Assembly (NCBI RefSeq): GCF_009914755.1
Contig: NC_060925.1
From: the human T2T-CHM13v2.0 reference genome, Homo sapiens
DNA length: 64,000 nt
Direction: 5' to 3' (one strand)
Shown here: in pieces, positions 23,593 to 36,740 of the stretch
Numbering within the stretch: the stretch's first letter is position 1
How the letters are laid out: the number at the start of each line of letters is the position of its first letter
Position numbers and translations under genes: made by a program
Notes under the pieces: generated by a model
What the model was told of the DNA's origin: nothing
Databases searched by the model: none
What the model saw: the letters and a program-made list of their open reading frames with translations, nothing else

Positions 23593-24572
23593 GCACCACT
23601 TACACAATATGTGCCTCATAAATACTGGATGGATGAACAAACAAATGAACGAGTGAATGAATGGCAACGAATACCACAGAGGTCTTGAACACACAAAATC
23701 AGAGGAAATGCAGTCTTTTAGGAGCACTGGGAAGAGGCTCAGCAGCATGGCTTTCCCGGCCCCCATGGCGGCTCAGCTCAGCAACTTGCTGAGGGCAACC
23801 CCGCGGCTGAGTAACCATGGGAAGGAGATGGGAACTATCCCCAGAAGACACAGCCTCAGGCCCAAAGGATTTCATCTCAAGAGACAACAGGAACAGGAAG
23901 GATGACCTTTCCCAGAGGACACTGCAGGGGCTTTGTGGAGAGACCGAGTTGAAACTCAGCCTGTCATTGAGGCACCCAGAACCCAAGACAAAGCGGTTTT
24001 AAGCATGTGGGACAAGAAAAACTCATCTCACATGAGGCATGGTAAGTGGGACTTCCAGCAGACTTAGCCAGACCATGGCATCCTCCCACGGACAGCTCTC
24101 TGAAAGACAAGACAGCATCCTGTGGGGAGTTCTCACCCAATTTGACAAACATCACTAACTTCTTAGGGGGAGATTTTGCCCAGGTGAGTGCAAGTTCTCA
24201 GGTCCTGGGCTTGGTGCAATGGACAAAACTGAAACCAGCGGGATTTTCTCTGTCTTCATTCAATACCAGAGTCTGCCCTGTGTTTTGGGGGCACTAAGCA
24301 CTGAGCTCTAGGAACAGAGCTTTGCCTTGGACAACTGCTTCAGGGCTGGGGATGACCTTGTTCTCTAAATACATCAGGGAAAAATACCATCATATTATTG
24401 TGTATCTTGGAAACTCTTCACACTCACTCAAACCAAGGCACACGGGAGCCTAATTCAACTTCTGAGGTTCTGAAGAAGACATCCTCATCTCCCAAGACAG
24501 GCCAAACAGCAACTGCTACAGAAACTCAGGTCTGGGAGCCCACAAGACCGGGGCCTGAGTAGGGTAAGACAT

Positions 24573-25058
24573 TGTGGGAGCCAGCTTCCAAGATGCCCCC
24601 TGAGGATCCTCACTTCCTGGTATCCAGACCCACAATGAGTAGGGCTGAGCTGGGTCAACAATAGGACATTGTGGAAATGACAGAGCATGACTTCCAAAGC
24701 CGAGTCATAAAAGTTATTGCAATTGTGGCCTTGCTCTCTCTTGAATATTTCATTCTGGGGGAAGCCATCTGCCACATCAGGACATAGTGGCCCTTTAAAG
24801 AGACCCATGTGGTGAGAAACTGAGGCTGCCTGCTGAGAGCCAGCACTACCTTGGTGGCATGAATGCAGCCATCTTGGAAGCACAGCCTCCAGCCCCAGTC
24901 AAGCCTTCAGATGATGGCAGCCCCAGCAGACATCTGACCACGGCCTCAGGAGAGACCACAAGCCAGCCCACCTAGGTAAGCCACTGCAGAGTGTCAGACC
25001 CACAAACACTGAGAATAATCAATGTTTATGGAAGTTTCCAGCTGCTTCATTTTGAGAC
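24573..25058 (+). mobile_element. MLT1F-like LTR
   Basis: CCAAGATGCCCCC...GCCATCTTGGAAG...CCAGCCCCAGTCAAGCCTTCAGATGA. Confidence 0.8.
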
Positions 25059-25865
25059 CTTCTAATGAGCTCATTAGGATGATGTGGCTGGACATAATTT
25101 GGGATGTAGCCTAGAAGAGAGAAGATATTTTCAGCCTTGGAAACAGAGCAGTCTCAGAGTTAATTTCATTCATGTACTCTGTGCCTTCTGGAGAAAATTT
25201 TGCACTGCCCCCCTGCAGTCCCAGGAGATTCCCCAAAGGAGTAACTGTTTGTATAAGTTACCACGTGAAAGTGAGAAAGGTGGCCTTGGAAGATAGTTCT
25301 TGTCATTTAAAGAGGAAGCTACACCCCTGGCTCATTGTAAGCTTATTGATTAAGGAAACAGTCAGCTTTGGAAGGTCACTTATGATGTTTCCACACAGAA
25401 GGACCTTCACTGGGTCACACTCCAGCCTCTCTAGCCACCTTGTCACCCCTGAGCTCAAGGAGAAAGCCCTGGGTGTGAGCAGAGCCTCTTCTGCCTGCCC
25501 TTCAGCCTCCTCCTGCCTGCTAAGCAGATGGACTCTGGCTACTTGGCTCTGTGATGTGCAAAGTGTGCTCAGGTAGGCTGTGGTCTCAAGGCATAACCAG
25601 GAGCATAGCAGGTAAGTTTCATTAGTGGGGGAGATGTACATTATCAAGACCACCTGGACATCCTCAAGGCACATACGACAAGCAGCTTCCTTAGTGATAC
25701 AGAGATATGTATTTTCACCTTCCTGTCACCTGCATCTCTTTCAGTTGGTTCCAAACCTGTGGGGGACAAAGAAGATGTTACATAATGAGCATCCTTAAAT
25801 CAGCATGGAGGGCTCAGACCACCTGGGCAATGGCAGCTCACTGGGAATCCCCAGGAAGAGAAGAG

Positions 25866-26593
25866 TGCTGTGGACTGTGCCCCCCACCCACCAAATTCAT
25901 ATGTTGAAACCTCAATCTCCAATGCAATGGTATTTGGAGATGGGGTCTTTGGGAGGTAATTAGGTCATAAGGGTGGAGCTCCCATGATGGGATTAGCGCC
26001 CTTGTAAGAAGAGCCAGGAGGGGTCTCACTCTCCCTATTTCTTCTCTCTCTCTCTCTCTCTCTCCCCTACCACCCTACCCACATGAGGACACAGTAAGAA
26101 GGCAGTGTCTGCAATCCAGGAAACAGACTATATTAGTCCGTTTTCACACTGCTGATTAAGACATACCCGAGACTGGGAAGGAAAAACAGGTTTAATTGGA
26201 CTTACAGTACCACATGGCTGGGGAAGCCTCAGAATCATGGCAGGAGGTGAAAAGCACTTCTTACATGACATCGGCAAGAGAAAATGAGGAAGATACAAAA
26301 GTGAAAACCCCTGATAAAGCCATCAGATCTAGTTCACTATAAGAACAGTATAGGGGAAACTGACCCCATGATTCAAATTATCTCGCACCAGGTGGGAATT
26401 ATGGGAGTACAATTCATGATAACATTTGGGTTTGGGGACACAGAGCTAAACCATATCACAGGCCCTCACCAGAAACCAAATCTGCCAGCACCTTGATCTT
26501 GGACTTCCAGCCTCCAGACCTGTGAGAAATAAATGTCTACGTTTAAAGCACTCTGTCTATGATATTTTTGTTATAGCAGCTTGAACTAAGACA
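25866..26593 (+). mobile_element. MLT1A-like LTR interrupted by THE1
   Basis: CCAAATTCATATGTTGAAACC...CATGAGGACACAG, then after the insert CACCTTGATCTTGGACTTCCAGCCTCCAG...GAACTAAGACA. Confidence 0.85.
26129..26458 (-). mobile_element. THE1C/D-like solo LTR
   Basis: TATATTAGTCCGTTTTCACACTGCTG...AAACCATATCA; 5-bp TSD CAGAC/CAGGC. Confidence 0.88.
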
Positions 26594-27135
26594 AAATTTA
26601 GCGGTGGACAAGTTGAGGGTCACGGGTGTGGCCACAAGTGGAGGTCCCTGTTCTTGCCTAATAGGGGAGGCCCAGCTCAATTTCACCCTGAGTGCCTTGC
26701 TGGAACTGTGGTCTTTGCACTGACGGTGAAGCCGTCTGCTAGTTATGTAAGAAAGCCCTCAACGGGCAGTTAGTGATGTGCCTGCCTCATGAATTACTGA
26801 GGCCCATCCATTTTCTACAGAGGCTGAGCTGAACTCGGAGACCTTTCATAATTTAACATTTGATTACATTTCCGGCCTGTGGAGTTCGGTGTTTAAATAT
26901 TTCAGGCAGAAGTCTAGACTGCTGGCATGCCGCCCTCCTGCTTTGTGCAGCAAAGCTTCCCTGCCTTACTCATCAGCATGAAAGGAAGAAGGGGTCTGGG
27001 AAAAGTGGCAGGACTGCAGTTATAGGCTTGTTCAATGCCTTCCACCGCCTGCAGGGAAAGGAGCCGTCCCGCCGCCACTAGTGCCATTACGATGCGGTGA
27101 AGTTGAATTCAAGGCAATTCACAGCTCCTCTGTAG

Positions 27136-27497
<362 letters not shown>

Positions 27498-27884
27498 GAG
27501 CACCCGCCTCTTTTGGGGAAAAAGCTCTCACTTAAGAAACCCTCCTCTCCGCTTAGGTGTATTGGGCTGATTCTATTTTCCATGAACACATTGAATGTTG
27601 TCAGACATGGCTCAGAGCCCCTGAAACAGCTGGGTCTGCTCTCCTGGAGTGCAGCTGGGCCTCCCTTCCAGCTTTCTGTTGGCCACCACCTCAGGAGCTC
27701 CTTTGCTCTGGGGTTGGGGTGCCCTCGCTCTGAACCCGAAAGATCGATGTGATAAATTATCACCAAAGCAGTGCCAGCTGTCAGATCAGTTCTTCGTGTT
27801 TTAAACATTCATTCAGGTACCCAGTGACTGCTACCACATGGCCCATTAGAGAGGTTCTGTACTAGGGGCCAGAGCACGTAGGCT

Positions 27885-28272
27885 ACAAGGAACAAGTCTG
27901 TTTTGTGTTTCCCAAAAAAAATTCATGTTGAAGCTGTAACCCCCAAGGACTCAGAATGTGATTATGTTCGGAGATAAGATCTTTGCAGAGGTGATTAAGT
28001 TAAAATGAGGTCATTAGGGTGGGCCCGAATCCAAGAGGACTGACATCCTTATAGAAAGAGGGGATTAGAACACAGACATGCAGAGAGGGAAGATGATAAG
28101 ACACAAGGAGAAGACGGCATCTGCAAGCCAAGGACGGGGCCTCGGGAGCCACCAACCGTGCCGACACTTTGATCTTGAACTTTCAGCCTGGAAGACTATG
28201 GGAAAATAAATCCCTCTTGTTCAAGACCCCGAGTCTGTGGAGCTTTGTTATGTCAGCCCTAGAAAACTTTAA
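27885..28272 (+). mobile_element. MLT1B-like LTR
   Basis: CTCAGAATGTGATT...TTAAGTTAAAATGAGGTCATTAGGGTGGGCCC...ACTTTGATCTTGAACTTTCAGCC. Confidence 0.82.
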
Positions 28273-29093
28273 AGCAAAGTCCTTGCTGTCAAAGTGGTTG
28301 TGATCTTGAGGGTGAGGCAGACAAGTAACCAGTTGACTTAAAAGTTGATCAGGATAAGTCAATGATGCAGGTAAGGATGGGAGCAGAGGAGGCACAGAGG
28401 AGGGGAGCCCACTCAAGACCCAGGGAGTGAGGGCAGGCCATGGGCTCCGTGGCAGACACAGGGGAGGCTCAGGATTAGGGAAAGATGAAACAATTGCTAA
28501 ACAGCCCTCAAGAGGATACCATTTGTATCAATGGGAACAACACAGAAACAATATACTATAGAAAACGGGTATTGCAAAACAAAAAACTGCAGTAGTCAAA
28601 GAGGACTTCCTGGAGGAGGGGGCATGCAAACTGGATTTTGGAGAATGGGTTGCATTTAGGTCTCAGGACTCAGAAGGTGTACACATGCCCTCTGCTCAAA
28701 TGTTCCATTGGGCTGACCTTTGTCACATGACCACATCCAGCTACAAGGGAGGTGGGAGATGTACTCTGAAGCCAGATAGCCAGGGGCACAGCAGGTATGT
28801 GGAGTTCTACTAATAGCAAGGAAAAAGGCAGAACTGTTATCAGATGATTGATTTTCGGTTTTCCTCCATTACATACTTGGTGATTTGTTGAGGTTCATGG
28901 GGGGAAAAGAACATCTTCTGGCCTAGGCTATGGCCCCCTCCAGACGGGAAATTGGGAAAAATCAAGAGACCAGTGGGGTGCATGCCAAACCACAGCCAGA
29001 TGGATGGTTTTGCTTATCACGGTCTCTTTATTGCCTGTGGTGCAGGATTGTCTCACCCTGTGGTGGAGGGAAGAGGAAATGAGCATCAGGTTG

Positions 29094-29768
29094 TGGTGTG
29101 GTTTGAATGTACGTGTCCCTCCAAAATTCATGTTGGAACTTAAACCCCAAAGTGATGGTATTCAGAGGTGGAGCTTTCAGGGAAGTTACTAAATGATGAG
29201 AACTCCCCCCTCATGAATGGCTTTCTGCTCTCATCAAAGAGGTTGTAGCAAGCACCCTAGTCCCTTTTGCCTTCCATCTTCTCTGCCATGTAAGGACACA
29301 GCGTTCATCCCCTCTGGCCCCACACACATTCTAGCTGTGCGCATGGCTCTCTGGCTTCAGACTGTATCTCCCACCCTCCCTTGCAGCTAGATGTGGTCAT
29401 GTGACAAAGCTCAGCCCACTGGAACATGAGCAGAGGGGATGCATACAACTTCTGAGTTGTGTCCCTGAAGAAGCTCCCATAGACTCTTTCAGTCCCTGCC
29501 CTTTGGGAAGAGTGACAACAAATTGGAGGAACCATGGAAATTAACAACAAATTAAGGGTGACCCAGCCATCTGCCAGCCCCATGTGAGGACACAGCAAAA
29601 ATGAGCCATGTTAAAAGAGAGAGTAGCCCTGCCCAGATGCTGAATGTGCCAGCCCCGTGATTGTGGACTTCCCAGCCTCCAGAGATAAATAAGAGAAGTA
29701 AGCGTCTGTTGTTTATAGGCCACTCAGTCTGTGGTATTTTGTGGTAGCCGCCCAGATAGACTCAGACT
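29094..29768 (+). mobile_element. MSTD/MLT1A-like LTR carrying a 263-bp foreign insert (29318-29580)
   Basis: GGTTTGAATGT...CCCTCCAAAATTCATGTTG...AGGACACAGCGTTCATCCCCTCTGG, then the insert, then GGACTTCCCAGCCTCCAG. Confidence 0.78.
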
Positions 29769-29944
29769 GATTGGCTCCTGGTAGATCTGGACACCGACTC
29801 CACCTCTACCTCCACATTGCTCTGTGACTTCAGGAAAGTTACTCTACACCTCTGGTGCTCAGTTTCCTTGAAAATATTCAGGCAGAAATGGCAGCACGGA
29901 GCCAGGGAGATTTGGTATTGGAAGCTCAATAAAGCGCCAAATAC

Positions 29945-30800
29945 ATGATCGAGAAAAATTGAAAATCAATCTTCTGATATCAGTGATGCCTTTTTTCCTT
30001 TTCAAACTTAGTAGAACCCCATACACATTCTGGCTGTGCACGTGGTCTGGCTTCAGACTGCATAACCCACCCTCCCTTGCAGCTCCGTGTGGTCATGTAA
30101 CAACAAGTTAAAGGTGACCCAGCCACCTTCCAGCCCTGGTTTTTCACCCCTGCATGGTAAAATGAGAGAGTGAAAAGATCTGCATTATCAAAATCACTAT
30201 GGTTGGGTCTCTTTATTTTAGCAGCTTAGCTTCTACCCTAACAGATACAGAAACTAGTGCCAGAAGTGGGGTGCTACCAAAACGAAGAACTAAAATGTAC
30301 ACCACTGGCGTAGCAGTTGGTGCAGGAGGTGAGGGTCTAGACGCTGCAGGTTTGGAAGCTGTTCACCCTTGCTGTGTTTTGCAAATTTTGGTAGACCTGT
30401 CCCCTGGGATAACTTGGAAAGCAGACCACTTTCCTATCCACCTTCTCGACTTTGTCTCACCAGGAATCTGCTGGAAAAACTCAGAGTGTTGGCTGCTCTT
30501 TGTTGCTTTTAGCAAAATACAAAAGAGAGAAATTCAGGTGAGAACCCATGGCTTTGTAAACAGGTATAGAAGAAAATTGACTTCGGTTAAGAGAAGCTTA
30601 CAAGCTGAGACCTGCAATCTAAATTGATTTAAAATCCAGAAGTCTGGATTCTCACAAGATTAGAAAAGCCATCTGCTCCTGTATCTCAGGCAGCAGTAGG
30701 TGCAAGGGTCTCTAGGTGCCTCCTTAGCTTCCATGAGCTGAGCAAGAGTGCTGCCTCCCTACCAAGCCTACTGTTTCAGAAGGCCTTGGGGAGACATCAT
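29945..30800 (+). mobile_element. Old MLT1J/K-like LTR followed by MLT-int remnant
   Basis: AGAACCCC...CCTCCCTTGCAGCT...GTGGTCATGT; LTR end CCCTAACAGATACA at 30249 followed by GAAACTAGTGCCAGAAGTGGGGTGCT, a MaLR internal start. Confidence 0.65.
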
Positions 30801-30836
30801 GAAATAAAAAGACAGAGGGTGCACCGAGTTAAATAG

Positions 30837-31259
30837 TGTTGCCTTGTAATTAGTGTCCACCTGGAACTTGTGAATGTAACCTTATTTTTTAAAAAAGGGG
30901 TCTTAGCAGTTGTAATCAGGCCGTAATGAATTAGGATGGACTCTAAATCCAATAGGACTGGTGTCCTTATAAAAAGGAAGAAACTTGGACACCGAAACAA
31001 GAAAGAAAGCCATGCGAAGATGAAGGCGGAGATTTCAAGGATGCTGGCAGGAGCCGAGGAACATCAAGACTGCTAGAAACCAGCAGAGGCTGGATGAGCA
31101 AGGAGCGGATTGTCCCCTACAGCCTTTGAGGGCACGTGGCCCTGCCAACACTTTGATTTCTGACTTGTAGCCTCCAGAACTATAAGAGGATCACTTCCTG
31201 TTGTTTTAAGTCACCTAGTTTGTGGCACTTTGTTACAGCAGCTCTTGAGAACTAGTGCA
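30837..31259 (+). mobile_element. MLT1C-like LTR
   Basis: TGTGAATGTAACCTTATTT...GACTGGTGTCCTTATAA...GGCCCTGCCAACACTTTGATTTCTGACTT...TTTGTTACAGCAGC. Confidence 0.82.
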
Positions 31260-31860
31260 GAAGCGTAGACCTGGTCAACCAAGAAATCCTGGAAACAGAA
31301 AAGGAGACTTGGTCCGTTTAAGATCATGACTGTAAGCAGATTGAGGGGATGGTTACTTGCACATGGAACAGACAGGAAGCAAATACATTTTGAGGGGCTG
31401 TTACTGTCCAAAAATGTGCCACAAGTGGGGCCTACAATAGCCTGTGATGGTCTTCAAAACTATATCTGGAGAAGATGGCTGCAAAATCTGTGTATTGCCC
31501 AAGGAGTGTAGCATCCTACGCTTGCTTCAGTTGAGCCATGAGGGGTGCTGCACAAGGAAGGGCCTTCCAGGGCACAAAGCCAGGGGACACGGGATGACAA
31601 GCCCGGGAAGTGCTTCAGAGAGCAGGGCCAGGGCTGCCTGTGGGGTCACCAAGGAGCTCACCCTGCTGCCAGGGTGGGGAGTCTTTGTGATAATTCCTGC
31701 TCGGAAGGATTTTAAAGGGAGACTTGGGGCATCATGAACTGCTCTGTTTCTCTCATTCCCTTTTGAAGTTGGGTCTTTATGCAGCACCCTCTGCCAGCCC
31801 AAGCCCTGCACAGTGGCGATGTATCTGGAGAGGTGTTCAGATGACTGTCCATTGGATGCT

Positions 31861-32418
31861 TGATGTGATTATTGAGTGTCAACTTGATTGAATTGAAGGA
31901 TGAAAAGTATTGTTTCTGGGTGTGTCTGTGAGGGTGTTGCCAGAGGAGATAAACACTGGGGTCAGTGGACTGGGAGAGGTGGACCCATCCTCAATCTGCG
32001 TGGGCACCATCCAATGGGCTGCCAGCGCAGCTTAAAAAATGTAGGTGGAAGAAAGTGGAAGAAGCTGGCTTGCTGAGTCTTCTGGCTTTCATCTTTCCTC
32101 CCACGCGGGATGCTTCCTGCCCTTGAACATCAGACTCCAGGTTCTTCAGCTTTTGGACTCTTGGACTTACACCAGTGGCTTGCTGGGGGCTCTTGAGCCT
32201 TTGGCCACAGACTGAAGGCTGCACTGTTGGCTTCCCTGCTTTTGAGGTTTTGGGACCTGGACTGATCCACCACTGGCTTCCTTGCTCCTCCGCCTGCAGA
32301 CGGCCTATCGTGGGACTTCGCCTTGTGATCCTTTGAGTCAATTCTCCTTAATAAACTCCCTTTCGTATATACGTAGATCCTATTAGTTCTGTTCCTCTAG
32401 AGAACCCTGACTAATACA
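31861..32418 (+). mobile_element. MLT2A2-like (HERVL) solo LTR
   Basis: ATTGAGTGTCAACTTGATTGAATTGAAGGATG...CCTATTAGTTCTGTTCCTCTAGAGAACCCTGACTAATACA. Confidence 0.9.
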
Positions 32419-32550
32419 GCCACCTACCTCTGGGCTTTTGTTATAAGAGAAAGAAATAAGCCCCAATTTTGTTTAATCCACCGCTTAATGAGATTTTTTG
32501 TGTGTGTGAATCTCAGCCAAACAGCACTCTACCTGGTGCAGACCCCCAGC

Positions 32551-32621
32551 AGGGAGGCCAGCAGCTGAGGGAGGCCAGCAACTGAGGGAGGCCAGCAGCT
32601 GAGGGAGGCCAGCAGCCGAGG
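32551..32621. repeat. 17-bp tandem repeat x4 (AGGGAGGCCAGCAGCTG)
   Basis: Four units at 32551, 32568, 32585 and 32602, each with at most one mismatch. Confidence 0.95.
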
Positions 32622-33349
32622 CTGGCTCAGCGCCAGGGTGCCCAGAGAGCAATGGCAGATGAGGCCAGGATCAACAACTTCCCCTGTTCACTCTCTCAGC
32701 AAACTTTCCACTTGAGTCCCAACCTTTAGTGTACTGCCTGACTCGGGGCCACCCTCTGGGAAGCCCTGGGTGGCATGTGCTAGGGTGCTTGCCGCAGCGC
32801 TGAGCTGAAAAGTCCAGGTGTCTCTGGGGGCAGGGCACACACTTTCCCAAGACAAGACATCACTGTGGTCCTGCTGGGGCTTCAGCCAGGCTCTGGGATC
32901 TGAAGCCCTCCTAGTTCCCCTAGACTGAGAGCCCCCAGTCACGTGCATTTCCCATCACTGCTTTGGACAGGGCTCCAAGGTCCTGTATGGCATGGGACCT
33001 ATGTGTCACAGTGGCCACACTACCCCTATAAGCCACCCACAGTTATAGCTTTAGAAAATCATCTGTTCCAAAGCCTCTTACCAATGGGTTCTCCGATGGG
33101 TGCTGCTGGAGCATACTGAACCTGAACTCCACCTGAACATCAGCCGTCTGCTTCCTATGCATATACTGGGCCCTTGTTAGTGTTTTCCAGGTCTCTGTCC
33201 TCCTCTTTTTGCCCATCAGTGGCCTCTCCCTGGCTTTAGTATGTAGCAGAGGCTTTGCAAGCCTGGTTCTACAGGACACAGGTGGGGTAGTAGCTGGTAA
33301 GTCATGATGCGGAGGAATAAGGTTGGTTAATTTAATCAGCTCTCATATA

Positions 33350-33560
33350 TTCACACCTACACTGTGCCTAGCTTCATGCCAAGCATGTTACAGGGATCAT
33401 CTCATTGCACGTTCCCCACCAGCCTGGGCAGGTGGACAGCACCCTCAGCCCTACCTCACAGATGAGGGAACGAAGGCTCAGATCCGTTAAGAGGGTTGTT
33501 GTAGTCACCAGCAGACACGCGGCTGGACCAGGATTTGAGGCAAGCTGCAGCATTTCCTCC
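33350..33560 (-). mobile_element. MIR
   Basis: CTCACAGATGAGGGAACGAAGGCTCAGA...CCAGGATTTGA. Confidence 0.65.
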
Positions 33561-33734
33561 TGGTGCTGTTAGTGGTCTTCCCAGTAAGGAGTCTACAAGG
33601 GGCTGGGAATTCATTACAACAATATTAATACGTGTCTATTATAGACAACGCAGAAAACACATATATACAAAACACAAAGACCCAGAATAAAATGACGGTA
33701 AAATGTCAGTCAAATCCTTCTAATTACAAACATG

Positions 33735-33738
<4 letters not shown>

Positions 33739-33773
<35 letters not shown>

Positions 33774-33781
33774 ACAAACAC
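33739..33781. repeat. (CA)n microsatellite
   Basis: CA run with two CAAA interruptions. Confidence 0.95.
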
Positions 33782-33789
33782 GAATTCAT

Positions 33790-34730
33790 GCAAAGCCAAA
33801 GTAAGAACATGCTACATACAGTTTTGCCATCTGCTTTTTCTTCAAATTCATAATATTTCATGTTCATCTTGCCACATCATTAAATACTCTTTTAAGTATA
33901 ATTTTTATGGTTAGGTCATAAAATTTGGTTTATGGCTAGTACCATAGTTTGTATATATTTCTTTAGAAATAAATTAGGTTCTTTCCTCTTTTTTGACCAC
34001 GACAAACACAGCCAAATTTCAATCTTTGTACACATCAACAATTATTTTCTTAGAACAAATTTCCAGAAGTGAATATCACAAGTAAATGGTTTTGTGGGCT
34101 CTGTAAAGGTTGTGTATCTGTTGTGCCAAATTATCTTCCCCAAAAGGTTTATCAATCTACATCCCCCCCAGCAGTGTCCGAAATTGCTCTTTTATTCCCT
34201 CTGATGGAAGCTAAATTTTTTCTCTTTGAATTGCAGTCACCAAACGTGAAGCAAAACTGTGTCTACTTGGGGATTTATTTTTCCTTATCCTGCTCAAGGT
34301 GTTGCTTTTCCCATCTGCCTCATGCTTTTCATCAGTTCTGGAACGTTCTCAGCCCTGGTGGCTTTAAATATTGCCTCTTCTGAGTTGCTCCAGGCTCTCC
34401 TCCGGGACCTCCTGTCTGGTAGACATTGAATGTGCTCCTCCTTTTGTCTGAGCCTTGAAGCCCCTCTGTCTGATTCCTGAATGGTTTCTTCAAATCACTA
34501 ACTCCACTTGGCGGTCAACGTGTCCGCTTCGTTTCATTTCGTTTAATTTCTGCGGTTCTACTTTCTTCCCTTTCAGACTCCCCTGCTGTATTTTTCCCAT
34601 AATGTCGTGTTCTTGCTTTGTGGTGTCTTTTCTTCCCTTTATCTCTTGAAATACTTTAAACACACTTATTTTAACGTTCCGTTGAAGTTGTCCTATTTTC
34701 TGTGCTTCCCGGAGTGTAATTTATCCCTTT
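33790..34730 (-). mobile_element. Old L1M/L1ME (or HAL1) fragments
   Basis: AT-rich degenerate L1-like sequence, for example CAAAAGGTTTATCAATCTACATCCCCCCCAGCAGTG and TCAGTTCTGGAACGTTCTCAGCC...TTTAAATATTGCCTCT. Confidence 0.5.
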
Positions 34731-34939
34731 CATTACTTCTGCTATTTCTTCCACGGGGCCTGAGTCTCGGCTCTCCCCATGGTGTAGGCCAAGCCCGAAC
34801 CCAGGCCCTGCTCATTGGCCCAGCGACCCCAGGAGCCCCCGGCTTCTAGTGCCCTCACGGCTCCGGTTTCCTCTTGCTTTCTGGGACCCTGGAATTTTGC
34901 TTTCTTGCTTTTAGCCTTGGCACGTGTATGTGGACGGTG

Positions 34940-34977
34940 GTGTGTGTGAGCTTGCACGTGTGTGTGTGTGTGTGTGC
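34940..34977. repeat. (TG)n microsatellite
   Basis: Interrupted TG run. Confidence 0.85.
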
Positions 34978-36069
34978 ACTTTATGGTGTATGCTGTGTGG
35001 TGAGGGGGGCTCTCTGTGCCAGCTCTGCCTCCCATCTTAAAGTCTCACTCAAAAATTACTTACTCATCAACTAATAATAGTAGCAATGATAGTAATTCAA
35101 TGTGTCTCTGAGGTTCCAGGAGACTTTATAGCCCTCATCACAGCCACAGCTCACACTAGTGGGTGTTTAAATAGCACATGTGATCTTATTTAATTCTTTG
35201 AATAACCTTTGTCATTATCCCCATTTTACAGATAAGTAAACTGTGGAAGGATGGGAAAAATGAATTGGCACTACTGGAGATTATGCAGAGGGCTGGTGAG
35301 AGGGGCAGGCTTCGAAACCCGACCCTGCTCTCTGCCCGAGCGTCCACTCAAGTCCTGGAGTGGGAGGCACTGAGGTGGGCACCTCCAGCTTCTGCAGTGC
35401 TGAGGGGAGCCTTGTTCTTCTTCCTTCTCAGGACGGAAGGCCAAGGGGCTGGGATGGCAGGTGCCGTGAACAGCGAGCTCCCAGAGTTGGCCAAAAGCAC
35501 AGCGGAGGTGCAAATCCAGGTATGTCTGGTTCCACCACCCCCCGACTGCCTGCCAAATGCACAGATGCATCTGTGCTCAAACACACACATTTACAAACAC
35601 ACACAGGTTGCCCCACGGTGAGAGCTGCTCACCTAAGGGAACTGGAGAAAAGCTGTGCTGGTCTCACAACGTTGCCGGCCTGTGGTCCTGTGCCTGTCCC
35701 AGAGCCTGGGCTGTGGGCGTGAAGACAGAAGGCATCCCAACCCTAGTACAAAGCATCCTCACACCTCAGTCCCCGGGCTAAGCAGGGCACACACTCCTCT
35801 CTAACCAGAACATTGCCAAGCAAAGGGCTGCCCCAGCTGCTCCGAGAAGCCGCACGCACGAAGCTGCAGTAAGCCCAAACCCAAGGCGGGAAAGCCCCTC
35901 ACCCCGCGAAGGTGTCTGCCTGGTTTCCACGGGCAATGCTGCACAAGGCCATTTTTTACTGGAGAAGTGTTGAGGCTCCATTTTCTTAAGTTCTAATCAT
36001 GAAAGGAACCAGGACAAGGCAGCAGGGAGCAGCAAAAGATTGGTGTGCCCTGCCCCAGGAGAAGGTGTG

Positions 36070-36740
<671 letters not shown>

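Noticed and set aside
25062-25077. Perfect 16-bp palindrome CTAATGAGCTCATTAG
   Set aside because: About one palindrome of this length is expected by chance in 64 kb (64000/4^8).
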